DNA of 64,000 nt. It comes from Abditibacterium sp. (GTDB lineage: Bacteria > Armatimonadota > Abditibacteriia > Abditibacteriales > Abditibacteriaceae). The notes below the pieces were generated by a model, which searched no databases, was not told the DNA's origin, and saw only the letters and a program-made list of their open reading frames with translations. The DNA is taken from positions 3,360,001 to 3,424,000 of the forward strand of contig OZ251992.1 in NCBI GenBank assembly GCA_965246885.1. Reading direction: 5' to 3'. This document shows positions 9,270 to 18,517 of this stretch, piece after piece (position 1 is the first letter of the stretch; each line of letters opens with the position of its first letter). The translations under genes and the position numbers were made by a program.

Positions 9270-10346
9270 ATGAAAATCGCAGGACTTTCTTTCGACCATA
9301 TGCACATGGGCGACTTGCTGCGCCAAGCGCACAACCACCCCGACGCGCAAATCGTGGGCGTTGCGGATAATAACCCGCAGAACGCGGCCAATGTCCAAAC
9401 GGTCGTGCGCAACTTCTCCATTGCGCCCGACAAAGTATTCGACAACTACGCGCGGTGTTTGGAAACCACCAAACCCGATATCGCCATTTTGTGCCCTGCT
9501 ATTGCCGACCATGCCTCTCTGACGGAGTTAGCTGCCAGTTATGGCACGCACATATTAGTGGAGAAGCCGTTCGCTTTCTCCCTCGCCGACGCCGACCGGA
9601 TGATAGCGGCGTGCGAGAAGAACCATGTCAAGCTCGTCATCAATTGGCCATTGGCGTGGTATCCCGTTTATAACACCGTCGCGCGGCTCATCAAAGAAGG
9701 CACCATTGGGAATGTCTTGGAGGTGCATCACTATGGTGGCAATAGCGGGCCGATGAAGCACTTAGCGGACAAAGTGGAGGTCGGCGAAGAGGAAGCGAAC
9801 AGACGCAAAAACGAGTCATGGTTTTATAAAAAGGCTTCCGGAGGCGGCTCCTTAATAGACTACATGGGCTACGGCACCACGCTTGGCACATGGTTTCACG
9901 GCGGCGCCGCGCCCCTCGAAGTGACGACGATGTGGGATATTCCCCCCGGCTTGGAAGTGGACGAACACTCCGTCACCGCCGCCAAATACGCGACGGGCAT
10001 TTCCAAGTTCGAGACGCGCTGGGGCACCTTCACCAACCCTTGGCAGTTGCAACCGCAACCCAAGTGCGGCTTCAACATCGTCGGCGAAGCGGGCACGGTC
10101 GCCGCTTACGATTACGATGACTTCGTGCGCGTCCAAACGAGGGAACATCCCGAAGGCTTCGAGGTGCCCGCCGACAAATTGGTGGCGCCCAACTCGAACC
10201 CCATCGAACATTTCATCGCGCATATCCGGGGCGAAGTCGAGCTTCACCCCTGCCTCTCGCCGCAAACCTGCCGCATCGGGCAACAGATCGTGGACACCGC
10301 CATCGCATCGGCAACGCAAGGCAAGACGCTCGCCCTGCTGCCATAG
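9270..10346 (+). CDS. Gfo/Idh/MocA family oxidoreductase
   Basis: HILVEKPFA, LVINWP, SGGGSLIDYMGY. Confidence 0.88.
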   Translation: MKIAGLSFDHMHMGDLLRQAHNHPDAQIVGVADNNPQNAANVQTVVRNFSIAPDKVFDNYARCLETTKPDIAILCPAIADHASLTELAASYGTHILVEKPFAFSLADADRMIAACEKNHVKLVINWPLAWYPVYNTVARLIKEGTIGNVLEVHHYGGNSGPMKHLADKVEVGEEEANRRKNESWFYKKASGGGSLIDYMGYGTTLGTWFHGGAAPLEVTTMWDIPPGLEVDEHSVTAAKYATGISKFETRWGTFTNPWQLQPQPKCGFNIVGEAGTVAAYDYDDFVRVQTREHPEGFEVPADKLVAPNSNPIEHFIAHIRGEVELHPCLSPQTCRIGQQIVDTAIASATQGKTLALLP

Positions 10347-10348
10347 TT

Positions 10349-10504
10349 GGAGGGCGGCGGGGCAACCACAGACGTCTGTCACTCTTTCCCAGACGACGGT
10401 GGGGCGGTGACGCACGTCCGCCATTGCGTCACAGACGTCTGGGAAAGAGTGACAGACGTCTGTGGTTGCCCCGCCGCCCTCCCGCAATGAGTCGCCGACG
10501 TCCG
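10349..10504. repeat. 21-bp-period array (CAGACGTCTG core) containing a perfect 47-bp inverted repeat
   Basis: Cores at 10369, 10390, 10411, 10432, 10453, (10474), 10495; arms 10349-10395 and 10436-10482 are exact reverse complements. Confidence 0.9.
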
Positions 10505-10532
10505 CGACCGCTTCGTTTCCTCCCCTCTTCCA

Positions 10533-11675
10533 ATGGCTGACACCACTCCTTCTCAAGACGACTACGCGCTTAAGTCCAATGCGGGCGAGGAAATCGCCGC
10601 TCCGCAGCTTGCGTATCACCCGCGCCGCCCGCGCTCTTACCGGCCCCGCATCGCCCTCGTCGGGACGGGCGGCATCGCGCCGTTTCACCTGCGCGCTTAC
10701 AAAAACATGGGCTTCGAGGTCGTCGCGCTGTGCAACCGCACACTTGAAAAAGCCGAAAAGTTGCGCGACGAGTTCTTCCCTGACGCCCGCGTCGTCTCCG
10801 ATGCGCGCGCCGTGTGGAACGACGACTCCATCGAAGTCGTGGACATCCTCACGCACCCCGATGAGCGCGTCGCTCTCATCGCGGATGCCCTCAGTAGCGG
10901 CAAGCACGTCCTCAGCCAAAAGCCGTTCGTGACGGATTTGGCAACTGGCGAGGAGTTATGCGACTTGGCCGACCGCGTCGGGCGGCGCTTGGCGGTCAAC
11001 CAAAACGGTCGCTACGCGGCGCATTACTCGTGGATGCGCGCGGCGCTCCGGGAGGGACTAATCGGCGACTTGGCTTCGAGCCATTTCCACGTTCATTGGA
11101 ATCACGGCTGGATCGCGGGCACGCCGTTCGAGCAAATTCCGGCCATTATCCTCTGGGACTTCGCCATTCACTGGTTCGACCTGACCGCGCACCTGTGGGA
11201 TCAAACACCCACCCGCGTTTTTGCCACTTCGGCCCGCGCGCCAGAGCAAACCATCCGCCCCGCGATGCTGGCCCAAGCCCTTGTGGAGTTCCCGCGCGGC
11301 CAAGCGAGTTTGGTCTTCGACGCCCTGCTCCCCTTTGGCGCGCGCGACGAAAGCTATGTCGGCGGCACGCACGGCTCGCTCGTTTCCAGTGGGCCAGATT
11401 TGAACTCCCAAGCCGTCACCCTCTTCACCGAAGCGGGATGGGCGCGGCCTCAGTTGGAAGGCGACTGGTTCGGGAGCGGTTTCGAGGGCGCGATGGGGGA
11501 ACTGCTTTGCGCCATCGCGGAAAACCGCGCGCCCGAAAACAGCGCGCGCAGCAACCTCGGCTCGCTTGCGCTGTCGTTCGCGGCGGTCGCGTCGAGTTTG
11601 GAGGGCACCCCCAAAGTTCCCGGCGAAGTGCGCGCCTTGCCAGAAGGCGCGCTGCACTTTCGCTCTGGGGTCTAA
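10533..11675 (+). CDS. Gfo/Idh/MocA family oxidoreductase
   Basis: RIALVGTGGIA, KHVLSQKPF, AVNQNGRY, DFAIHWFD. Confidence 0.9.
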   Translation: MADTTPSQDDYALKSNAGEEIAAPQLAYHPRRPRSYRPRIALVGTGGIAPFHLRAYKNMGFEVVALCNRTLEKAEKLRDEFFPDARVVSDARAVWNDDSIEVVDILTHPDERVALIADALSSGKHVLSQKPFVTDLATGEELCDLADRVGRRLAVNQNGRYAAHYSWMRAALREGLIGDLASSHFHVHWNHGWIAGTPFEQIPAIILWDFAIHWFDLTAHLWDQTPTRVFATSARAPEQTIRPAMLAQALVEFPRGQASLVFDALLPFGARDESYVGGTHGSLVSSGPDLNSQAVTLFTEAGWARPQLEGDWFGSGFEGAMGELLCAIAENRAPENSARSNLGSLALSFAAVASSLEGTPKVPGEVRALPEGALHFRSGV

Positions 11676-11684
11676 GGCGGGGCG

Positions 11685-12764
11685 TTAAATCCCCAAGAAC
11701 GCGCGGTAAATATTCTCGAACAAGCGCACGTCCACGAGGGTATCCGACGCGGACGAGGCGAAGGGGGTGCCCTCAGCAATTCCCTTCAAGAACTGGCGCG
11801 CTTCTTCGCGGTAGGCCCACGAGGGCGCGGGATATTCGCGGGTGTGTTGCGGAAGCGCGTCGCCGTGGGCGGATTGGTAGATTTCGACGGTGGCGGGGGT
11901 GTTCTTTTGCATGAGCGGGGGAGCGTCGGTCTTGAGGTAGCCGCCCTCGAAGAAGATTTGGGTGTGTTCCTCCCACGCGTGGAAGCGGGTGTAGGCACTT
12001 TCGACGACGGCGCGGGTGCCGCCAATGTCGAGGACAACAATGCCCGTCATGCCGTCGGCGTCGAGGTTGACGTCCACCACGCGCGCTTTGCCTGCCGTGT
12101 CACCGAGGAAAAAGCGGAGCAGGTTGACGTTATGCGTCCACTGCTGGAGGTAGCCGAGGTAGGATTCCTTGCGCTCGGCGGGGAGCCAGTCGGGGCACTC
12201 GTCGGGCGCGGGGGGTGGCGGGGCACCGGCTGGCCCCTCGAAGGAAACGACGTTGGGGTCTTTGGCGTATATCCAGTCGCCGCCGAAACCATGCTGGCGC
12301 GCGAGGACGACGCGGCCCCGGTCGCCCGATGCGCGCCACTCGTCGCACAGCGCTTTGATGCGCAGGTTGCCCGCGTCGTAGCGCTTCATGTAGCCGACCA
12401 TGAGCCGCTTGCCGCTCGCTCGCTCGGCGTCCACGATGCTTTGGGCGCGCTTGACGGACACCGCCATCGGCTTTTCCATGAAGACGTGCTTGCCCGCGCG
12501 GAGCAAGTCTTCGGCGATGGCGCCTTGCAGGGCGTAGGGGCCGGACACGCCAACGGCTTCGATGTCGGGGTCGGCGGCGATTTCCTCGTGCGAAGCGTAG
12601 ACGCGCGGGATGCCGTAGTAGTCGGCGACCTGCTGGCCGAGGCCGGGGCGCACTTCGGCGAGGGCGCGGAAGTCACATTCGGGCAACGACTTGAAGTTCG
12701 GGATGTGAATCTGCTGGGCGACGAAGCCGCAGCCGACGTAAGCGAAGCGAACGGGTTGGGACAT
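11685..12764 (-). CDS. Gfo/Idh/MocA family oxidoreductase
   Basis: FAYVGCGFVA, KHVFMEKPMA, LMVGYMKRYD; start set at MSQPVRF. Confidence 0.9.
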   Translation of the reverse strand: MSQPVRFAYVGCGFVAQQIHIPNFKSLPECDFRALAEVRPGLGQQVADYYGIPRVYASHEEIAADPDIEAVGVSGPYALQGAIAEDLLRAGKHVFMEKPMAVSVKRAQSIVDAERASGKRLMVGYMKRYDAGNLRIKALCDEWRASGDRGRVVLARQHGFGGDWIYAKDPNVVSFEGPAGAPPPPAPDECPDWLPAERKESYLGYLQQWTHNVNLLRFFLGDTAGKARVVDVNLDADGMTGIVVLDIGGTRAVVESAYTRFHAWEEHTQIFFEGGYLKTDAPPLMQKNTPATVEIYQSAHGDALPQHTREYPAPSWAYREEARQFLKGIAEGTPFASSASDTLVDVRLFENIYRAFLGI

Positions 12765-12888
12765 GATGGTAGGGCGCGGCGACGAGGCAATGGGAGGTCT
12801 CATTTTATACTAACGGCGCGTCTTTGGACGCGCCGTTGGGAAGCGGGCGCCCATGTAAAATAAGGGCGCGCCTTTTCCAGCCTTCCCG

Positions 12889-14547
12889 ATGCCCGTCGCT
12901 CCCTCGAACCCCGCCGTTTCGTCTTCCCCGACCGCTTCCACGCGCGCAACAGCCCCCCTGCGCGCGGCGGCGGTGCTATCACTACTCTATTTTCTGGCGC
13001 GCTTTCTGGGCTTGTTTCAGGGCGCGCTCATCACGGCGCTCCTTGGCCCCAAAGAAGCGGACGCTTACGGTTACGCTTTTGCCCTGCCCGACTTTTTGAA
13101 CTACCTCGTCGCGGGCGGGGCGCTGTCGCTGACGTTCATCCCACTGTTTACCGGGCTGTGGCAAAAGGGCAAGGAAGCGCAGGCGTGGCGCTTTTACTCG
13201 TCGCTGGCGTCCCTCATGGGAGTGGTGTTGGTGGCTCTAACACTTCTGCTGATGCTGTTTGCACCGCAGATAATCGCGCTCACCAAGCCGGGGTTAGCGC
13301 TTCCCGGCAAGCGCGCCACGTTCGAGATGACGGTGCAAATGACGCGGGTGATGCTTCCGGCGCAATTGTTCTTTTATCTGGGCGGCCTGTTGTCGGCGGT
13401 GCTGAACTCGTTCAAGCGCTTTGGCGCGTCGGGGTGGACGGGCGCGGTTTACAACGCCGTCGCCATGCTGGTCGCGGTTCCGATGTGGGCGGCGTCGCAC
13501 AACCCCATCGCGTTCGCGGTGGGGATTACGGTCGGTGCCCTCGCGGGCAATTTCGTGTTGCCGCTTTTGGCGCTACGCGATGCGCCGCGCGCTCAAAGGC
13601 CGCGCTTCTCGTTTCAGTTGGATGCTTCCAACCCGTCGGTGCGTCGCTTTTTCCGGCTCGCGCTCCCGATAATGCTGGGCGTGTCGTTTCCGGTGGTGGA
13701 CGTGTGGGTGGTGCAGTTCTGGACGTCGGACATGGCGGCGGGCGCGTTTTCGCATATCAACAACGCCAATCGGCTGATGATCGCCGCGCAGGGGTTATTG
13801 GGCCAAGCGGCGGCGGTGGCGGCGTTTCCGTTTCTGGCGAGCAAGGTCGCCGAGGGCGATTTTCGGGCGTTCTCGGAGTTCTTGCGGTCGGGCTTGCGGC
13901 GCTTGCTGTTCATCACGATGCCGATTTCCGTCTTGCTGATTCTGTGCGCGCACCCCCTTGTGGCGCTCTTGTTTGGCTGGGGGAACTTCAACCGCGCTTA
14001 TAAGATAGACGAGACGGCGCAGTGTTTCGCGCTGTTTTGCGTGGGGTTGTTCGCGTGGGGCGGGCAGTCGCTCGTGGCGCGCGGCTTTTACGCGCTGGGG
14101 GATACGAGGACACCGACGATTTACGGGTCGGTGTTGACCGTCCTTTATATCGCGCTGTGCGGGATGCTCAAGTATTGGGGGTTCGGGGTGGCGGGCCTTG
14201 CGCTGGCGACTTCCATTGGCGCGGCGGGGCAGTTCGTGGGGCTGTTGGTGCTGCTGGATGTCCGCCTCAGGGGGCCGCGTTTTGACGCGGCCCTGAGTTT
14301 AGACCGCATCGTGGGGACGCTGGTGCGCACGTTTGTGGCGTGTTTTCTGATGGGGGTGGCGGGGCTGCTCGCGCTTTTGCTGGCGCGCCCATTGGCGGGC
14401 GAGGGCAAGGCGGCGCAAGGGTTGCTTCTCGTGTGGACGGGGGGTATCGCGGCGTTTGTGTTTGTGTCGGCGGCGAACCGCTTTGAGATTCCCGAATGGC
14501 TGTGGCTGCGCGACAAATTGACGCGGCGGCGCGGCGCGCGGGCGTAG
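12889..14547 (+). CDS. murJ: Lipid II flippase MurJ (MviN)
   Basis: ARFLGL, ADAY..AF.LPD, AGGALS..FIP, ANRL, RGFYALGDTRTP, GLALATS; about 14 TM helices. Confidence 0.88.
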   Translation: MPVAPSNPAVSSSPTASTRATAPLRAAAVLSLLYFLARFLGLFQGALITALLGPKEADAYGYAFALPDFLNYLVAGGALSLTFIPLFTGLWQKGKEAQAWRFYSSLASLMGVVLVALTLLLMLFAPQIIALTKPGLALPGKRATFEMTVQMTRVMLPAQLFFYLGGLLSAVLNSFKRFGASGWTGAVYNAVAMLVAVPMWAASHNPIAFAVGITVGALAGNFVLPLLALRDAPRAQRPRFSFQLDASNPSVRRFFRLALPIMLGVSFPVVDVWVVQFWTSDMAAGAFSHINNANRLMIAAQGLLGQAAAVAAFPFLASKVAEGDFRAFSEFLRSGLRRLLFITMPISVLLILCAHPLVALLFGWGNFNRAYKIDETAQCFALFCVGLFAWGGQSLVARGFYALGDTRTPTIYGSVLTVLYIALCGMLKYWGFGVAGLALATSIGAAGQFVGLLVLLDVRLRGPRFDAALSLDRIVGTLVRTFVACFLMGVAGLLALLLARPLAGEGKAAQGLLLVWTGGIAAFVFVSAANRFEIPEWLWLRDKLTRRRGARA

Positions 14548-14600
14548 ATGGGCGCCGAAATTGCGGGAGTGGAAGATATTCCACAGGAGGAATCACTACC

Positions 14601-14819
14601 ATGAGCGATACAAACGACAAACTGCGCGGAGGCGCCAACGAAGCCGTTGGCAACGTCAAACAAGCCGTCGGCAACGCGACCGGCGACACCAACCTGCAAG
14701 CCGAAGGGCAGTCCCAAGAAGTCAAAGGCGAAGCCCAAAGCGCTCTGGGCCACGCCAAAGAAGCCATCGGCAACGCCGCCGAAGCGCTCGGCAACGCGGT
14801 CAAAGGTTCGGGCCACTAA
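14601..14819 (+). CDS. CsbD family stress protein
   Basis: DKLRGGANEAVGNVKQAVGNATGDTNLQAEG signature; AGGAGG RBS at 14585-14590. Confidence 0.9.
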   Translation: MSDTNDKLRGGANEAVGNVKQAVGNATGDTNLQAEGQSQEVKGEAQSALGHAKEAIGNAAEALGNAVKGSGH

Positions 14820-14838
14820 GCCGAAGCCGCGTGAGGAA

Positions 14839-14871
14839 GCGCCGCTTGGGTTGCTCAAGCGGCGCCTTTTT
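14839..14871 (+). terminator. Intrinsic terminator after the CsbD gene
   Basis: GCGCCGCTTG / CAAGCGGCGC stem followed by CTTTTT. Confidence 0.7.
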
Positions 14872-15487
14872 GTGTCTCAAACGCCCGCAGTGAGCGCACA
14901 AGCTGAATCACATCCGACAGAAGTTGCGCGTGCTGGCCTGTGGGGTTGGCGAAGAAGACGTGCTCTAACTTCTGTTCCACGCGCGGCGACACGAGCCACA
15001 CTCGCAAGGGCGAAGGCCGCGCCCACGAGCTTTTCCACACCCACTGCGCCACTTCGATTGGCCGCGCCCGCACCCACACGTCCAGATAACGGGCCGCGTC
15101 ATCTTCTATCTCGGCGATGAACTCCGCGAACTCCTCCATCATCCCTTCGCGCAGATACTGGTCGCGCCACTCCTCAAAGACACGGCGCAGAACCTCAACT
15201 TGCTTATTGGGCCACGCGCGCCACTTCTCTCCCTTTAGTCGGTAGCGGAGCAACCATGTGTCCACATCCCAAACCGGTGCGCGCTCGTGGGAAAGCAACT
15301 CTAACCAACGCGGCAACACGAACTTGAAGACCGCCGTTTCGTAGAGGAGCGCGCGGTCTTCCAAGTTTTCCAGTTGTTCCCAAGAGAGCGTTTCAAGTGT
15401 AGGGTCGCTTTCAATCCACGCCACGATGAGGTCGTCGGTGCGGGATGAAAAGGCGGCGTAGAGCGCGGCGCGCAGTTCCGGTGTCAT
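14855..15487 (-). CDS. Hypothetical protein (Trp-rich, predicted helical)
   Basis: 210-aa ORF with plausible composition filling the gap before ubiD. Confidence 0.65.
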   Translation of the reverse strand: MTPELRAALYAAFSSRTDDLIVAWIESDPTLETLSWEQLENLEDRALLYETAVFKFVLPRWLELLSHERAPVWDVDTWLLRYRLKGEKWRAWPNKQVEVLRRVFEEWRDQYLREGMMEEFAEFIAEIEDDAARYLDVWVRARPIEVAQWVWKSSWARPSPLRVWLVSPRVEQKLEHVFFANPTGQHAQLLSDVIQLVRSLRAFETQKGAA

Positions 15488-15553
15488 GGAAAGCAGTGTT
15501 TCTCATTTGCACGGCGCGCGATTGGCGCGGTTGCTTCCAACTCTTCATCCCTT

Positions 15554-17053
15554 ATGTCCCAACCCCACGACATCCCGTCCTTCCTCCATGTTCTCGAACG
15601 CGCGGGCGAACTCCGGCGCATCAGTGTTCCCGTCTCGGCGAAGCTGGAAATCACCGAAATCGCCGACCGCGTGGTGAAGCAGGCTGGCCCCGCCCTCTTG
15701 TTCGAGCGCGTGCGCGAAGCACCCGATGTGCCCGTCGCTATTGGGCTGTTCGGCTCGCATAAGCGGTTGGCGCTCGCGCTCCATGATGAACCCGCCAACA
15801 TCGCGCGGCGTATCACCGAACTCATTGGGACGCGGCCCCCTAACTCGCTCGTCGGCATGGCGCGCATGGGGTTGCAGATGCTCCCCACCATCGCGTCGCT
15901 GAGCGTCAAGCGGCCCAAGGACGGGCCTTGCAAGGAGGTGATTTTACGCGGGGACGAGGCGGACTTGCGCGCCATCCCCGTCCTCACCTGCTGGCCGGAT
16001 GACGGTGGGCCGTTTGTGACGTTGCCGATGGTCTTTACGCACAACCCCAACACCGGGCGGCGCAACGTCGGCATGTATCGGGTGCAGATTTTCGACGAGC
16101 GGACGGCGGGGATGCACTGGCAAATCCACAAAGTCGGCGCGCAACATCAGCGCGACGCCGGGGCCAAGCCCATCGAAGCGGCGGTCTGCTTGGGCGGCGA
16201 CCCATGTCTGCCGTTCTGCGCCCTTGCGCCGTTGCCCGAAGAGATAGACGAGATGATCTTCGCCGGATTCCTGCGCGGCAAGCCCGTCGAAATGGTGAAG
16301 TGCGAAACGATAGACGTCGAAGTCCCCGCCGACTGCGAATACGTGTTAGAAGGCACCATCACCCCCGGCGAGGTGCGACCGGAAGGGCCATTTGGCGACC
16401 ACACCGGCTACTATACGCCAGTCGAGAACTACCCCGTCTTTCGCGTTTCGTGCATTACGCGGCGCAAGAAACCCGTGTATCCCGCGACTATTGTCGGCAT
16501 CCCGCCGATGGAAGACGGGTATCTGGGCAAAGCGGTCGGGGAGATTTTCCTGCCCCTCATCAAAACGCAACTGCCGGAACTGGTGGACATGAACCTGCCC
16601 GTCGAGGGGACGTTTCACCACTTGTGCATCGTCAGCATCAAGAAGCGCTACCCCAACCACGCCTATAAAGCGATGCACGCCTTGTGGGGGCTGGGGCAAC
16701 TGATGTTTTCTAAAGTCATCATCGTCGTGGACGAGGACGTGGACGTGCATAATCTGTCGGAAGTGTTGTGGCGCGCGACGAACAACTTCGACCCGGAGCA
16801 CGACGTGCAAATCGTGAAGGGGCCGGTGGACGCGCTCGATCACAGCGCGCGCTCGGTCGGTTTCGGCTCCAAGATTGGAATAGATGCCACGCGCAAGTGG
16901 CCATCGGAAGGCTACACCCGTGAGTGGCCCGAAGTCGTGAAGATGGACAGGGCCACCGTTGCCAAAGTGGATGCCATCTGGGATTCGCTGGGTTTGGGCC
17001 GCAACCCCGGTAGCCCGTCAGTGGACGGGCATATCAGCGCGCCGATGCCGTGA
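15554..17053 (+). CDS. ubiD: UbiD family decarboxylase (menaquinone-biosynthesis type)
   Basis: WPDDGGPFVTLP, RNVGMYR, MHWQIHK, EGPFGDHTGYY, VGIPPMED, KIGIDATRK. Confidence 0.9.
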   Translation: MSQPHDIPSFLHVLERAGELRRISVPVSAKLEITEIADRVVKQAGPALLFERVREAPDVPVAIGLFGSHKRLALALHDEPANIARRITELIGTRPPNSLVGMARMGLQMLPTIASLSVKRPKDGPCKEVILRGDEADLRAIPVLTCWPDDGGPFVTLPMVFTHNPNTGRRNVGMYRVQIFDERTAGMHWQIHKVGAQHQRDAGAKPIEAAVCLGGDPCLPFCALAPLPEEIDEMIFAGFLRGKPVEMVKCETIDVEVPADCEYVLEGTITPGEVRPEGPFGDHTGYYTPVENYPVFRVSCITRRKKPVYPATIVGIPPMEDGYLGKAVGEIFLPLIKTQLPELVDMNLPVEGTFHHLCIVSIKKRYPNHAYKAMHALWGLGQLMFSKVIIVVDEDVDVHNLSEVLWRATNNFDPEHDVQIVKGPVDALDHSARSVGFGSKIGIDATRKWPSEGYTREWPEVVKMDRATVAKVDAIWDSLGLGRNPGSPSVDGHISAPMP

Positions 17054-17192
17054 GCGCGACATTCAACATAGAAAACGGAGTCAGGAGAGGCATAGGAGAA
17101 ACGTGAACCCATTCGACTGGCACCGATTCGGGCGCGATGCAACTGCCGCAACTGGTCGAAAAGCGGTAGGCGCGGCACTTGTAGCAGTTCAT
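17034..17192 (-). CDS. Possible 52-aa Cys-rich peptide (CxxC-x8-CxxC)
   Basis: ATG overlaps the TGA of the upstream membrane-protein gene (ATGA); MNCYKCRAYRFSTSCGSC...; below the ORF-track size cutoff. Confidence 0.3.
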   Translation of the reverse strand: MNCYKCRAYRFSTSCGSCIAPESVPVEWVHVSPMPLLTPFSMLNVALTASAR

Positions 17193-18517
17193 GGCTGTGA
17201 GGTTAAGGCCACGCCGGGGCGAGTCATTAGCCGCGTTCGCGCAACCATTGCAGAGTACTCTATCGCTTCAGAAAGCAGCTTCCCAGCACAAATGGCCCAG
17301 CCAATAGAGGGGATGTATAAAGCGTGCCCCATAATAGAAGCGCTCAGCAGGGGTAAATACGCGAGGAGCAACCAACCGTAGCCGAACAATTGAATCCGGT
17401 CGCGCACCCTCCCGAATTGCCACCAGAACCCAATCACTGCGAGCGCTACCAGCACGTCTGCATAAAAACTTGCCGCCCACAACGGCAACAGCGAGAGAAG
17501 TCGGTAGAGCGTGTTGAACGCTTCGCCCGATTTCCAATCGTTCCAAAGCACCAGCACGATGCCCGCGAGCGCACACGGCCACATCCGCCGCCAGCCGCTT
17601 CGCCGCCAAATCAGAGCCGCAATCAACACGAGCGCGACGCCCACCGGCGCCACGTCCCCCAGCGAAAACAAACTCGCGGGACGGCCCCCAATACAATAAG
17701 AACAGAAGCGATAAAACCACGAGCCGTTTGTGCCAAAGCGAAAACCCATCCCATGAAGCGCCCACAACCGAAACACGAACGCGACCGCGACGATCCCCGG
17801 CAACACCGCAACCGACCGAACCTGTGCGCTACGTGACAGCGCGCGCTCCCCATCCCACTCGTGCCACAATAGCAGTCCCGCGAGAAAGGGGGTAATGTAA
17901 CTCATTTCCTTGACTGCGATAGCGAGCAACTGCGCGCCGACGGCGAAGGCAAAAAACCGCTTCTGGCCAGTGCGCCAAAACGAAAGCAGCGACCACAGAC
18001 ACAACACCAGCGCGCTCGCCAGCCATACATCGACACTATCTTTCCACCAAAGAAGCGCGGGGGCGGGAACGGGCAACGTCATCCACGCAAGTGCGCCCGA
18101 TGCCCATATCGCCACCGAAAGCAACGCCACGCGGCCACCCAGTACGCGCCACAGAAACGCGAAGAGCAACACGCAGGCGACGAAATGCGACGCGAAATGC
18201 ACCGCCATGAATCCCTGCGCGCCGTTTCGCCCGAACAGTTGCAGTTGGAACCACCAAATCAGCGACGGCAGGGGGCGATAGAAGGCGCGCGTTTCGCCAC
18301 CCGCCCATGAACCCGTCCACCACGCGAGCGTGTCGCGCAACGTGTGCGCCTTCGCCAACCCGCTCAACAAAAGCAACTGATCAACATAATCGCCCATCTC
18401 GGCGTCGGTACCGCGCGCTGGGAACTGCGACCACGACTCGCGTAGTCCCCATGCCCACGAGAGGGCCAACACTACAAGCGCGCCCGCCCACTGCCGAAAT
18501 TTCAGGTCTGTTCTCAT
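17189..18517 (-). CDS. Polytopic membrane protein, possible GT-C type glycosyltransferase
   Basis: About 11 hydrophobic segments; FYRPL loop and AVKEMSY motif like those of RgtA/ArnT-like GT-C proteins; start could be GTG 18544. Confidence 0.6.
   Translation of the reverse strand: MRTDLKFRQWAGALVVLALSWAWGLRESWSQFPARGTDAEMGDYVDQLLLLSGLAKAHTLRDTLAWWTGSWAGGETRAFYRPLPSLIWWFQLQLFGRNGAQGFMAVHFASHFVACVLLFAFLWRVLGGRVALLSVAIWASGALAWMTLPVPAPALLWWKDSVDVWLASALVLCLWSLLSFWRTGQKRFFAFAVGAQLLAIAVKEMSYITPFLAGLLLWHEWDGERALSRSAQVRSVAVLPGIVAVAFVFRLWALHGMGFRFGTNGSWFYRFCSYCIGGRPASLFSLGDVAPVGVALVLIAALIWRRSGWRRMWPCALAGIVLVLWNDWKSGEAFNTLYRLLSLLPLWAASFYADVLVALAVIGFWWQFGRVRDRIQLFGYGWLLLAYLPLLSASIMGHALYIPSIGWAICAGKLLSEAIEYSAMVARTRLMTRPGVALTSQP

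Noticed and set aside
10349..10504. CRISPR array interpretation of the 21-bp arrays (also 25097 and 33541)
   Set aside because: Cores are only 10 bp and degenerate, variable parts 11 bp, and no cas genes are present
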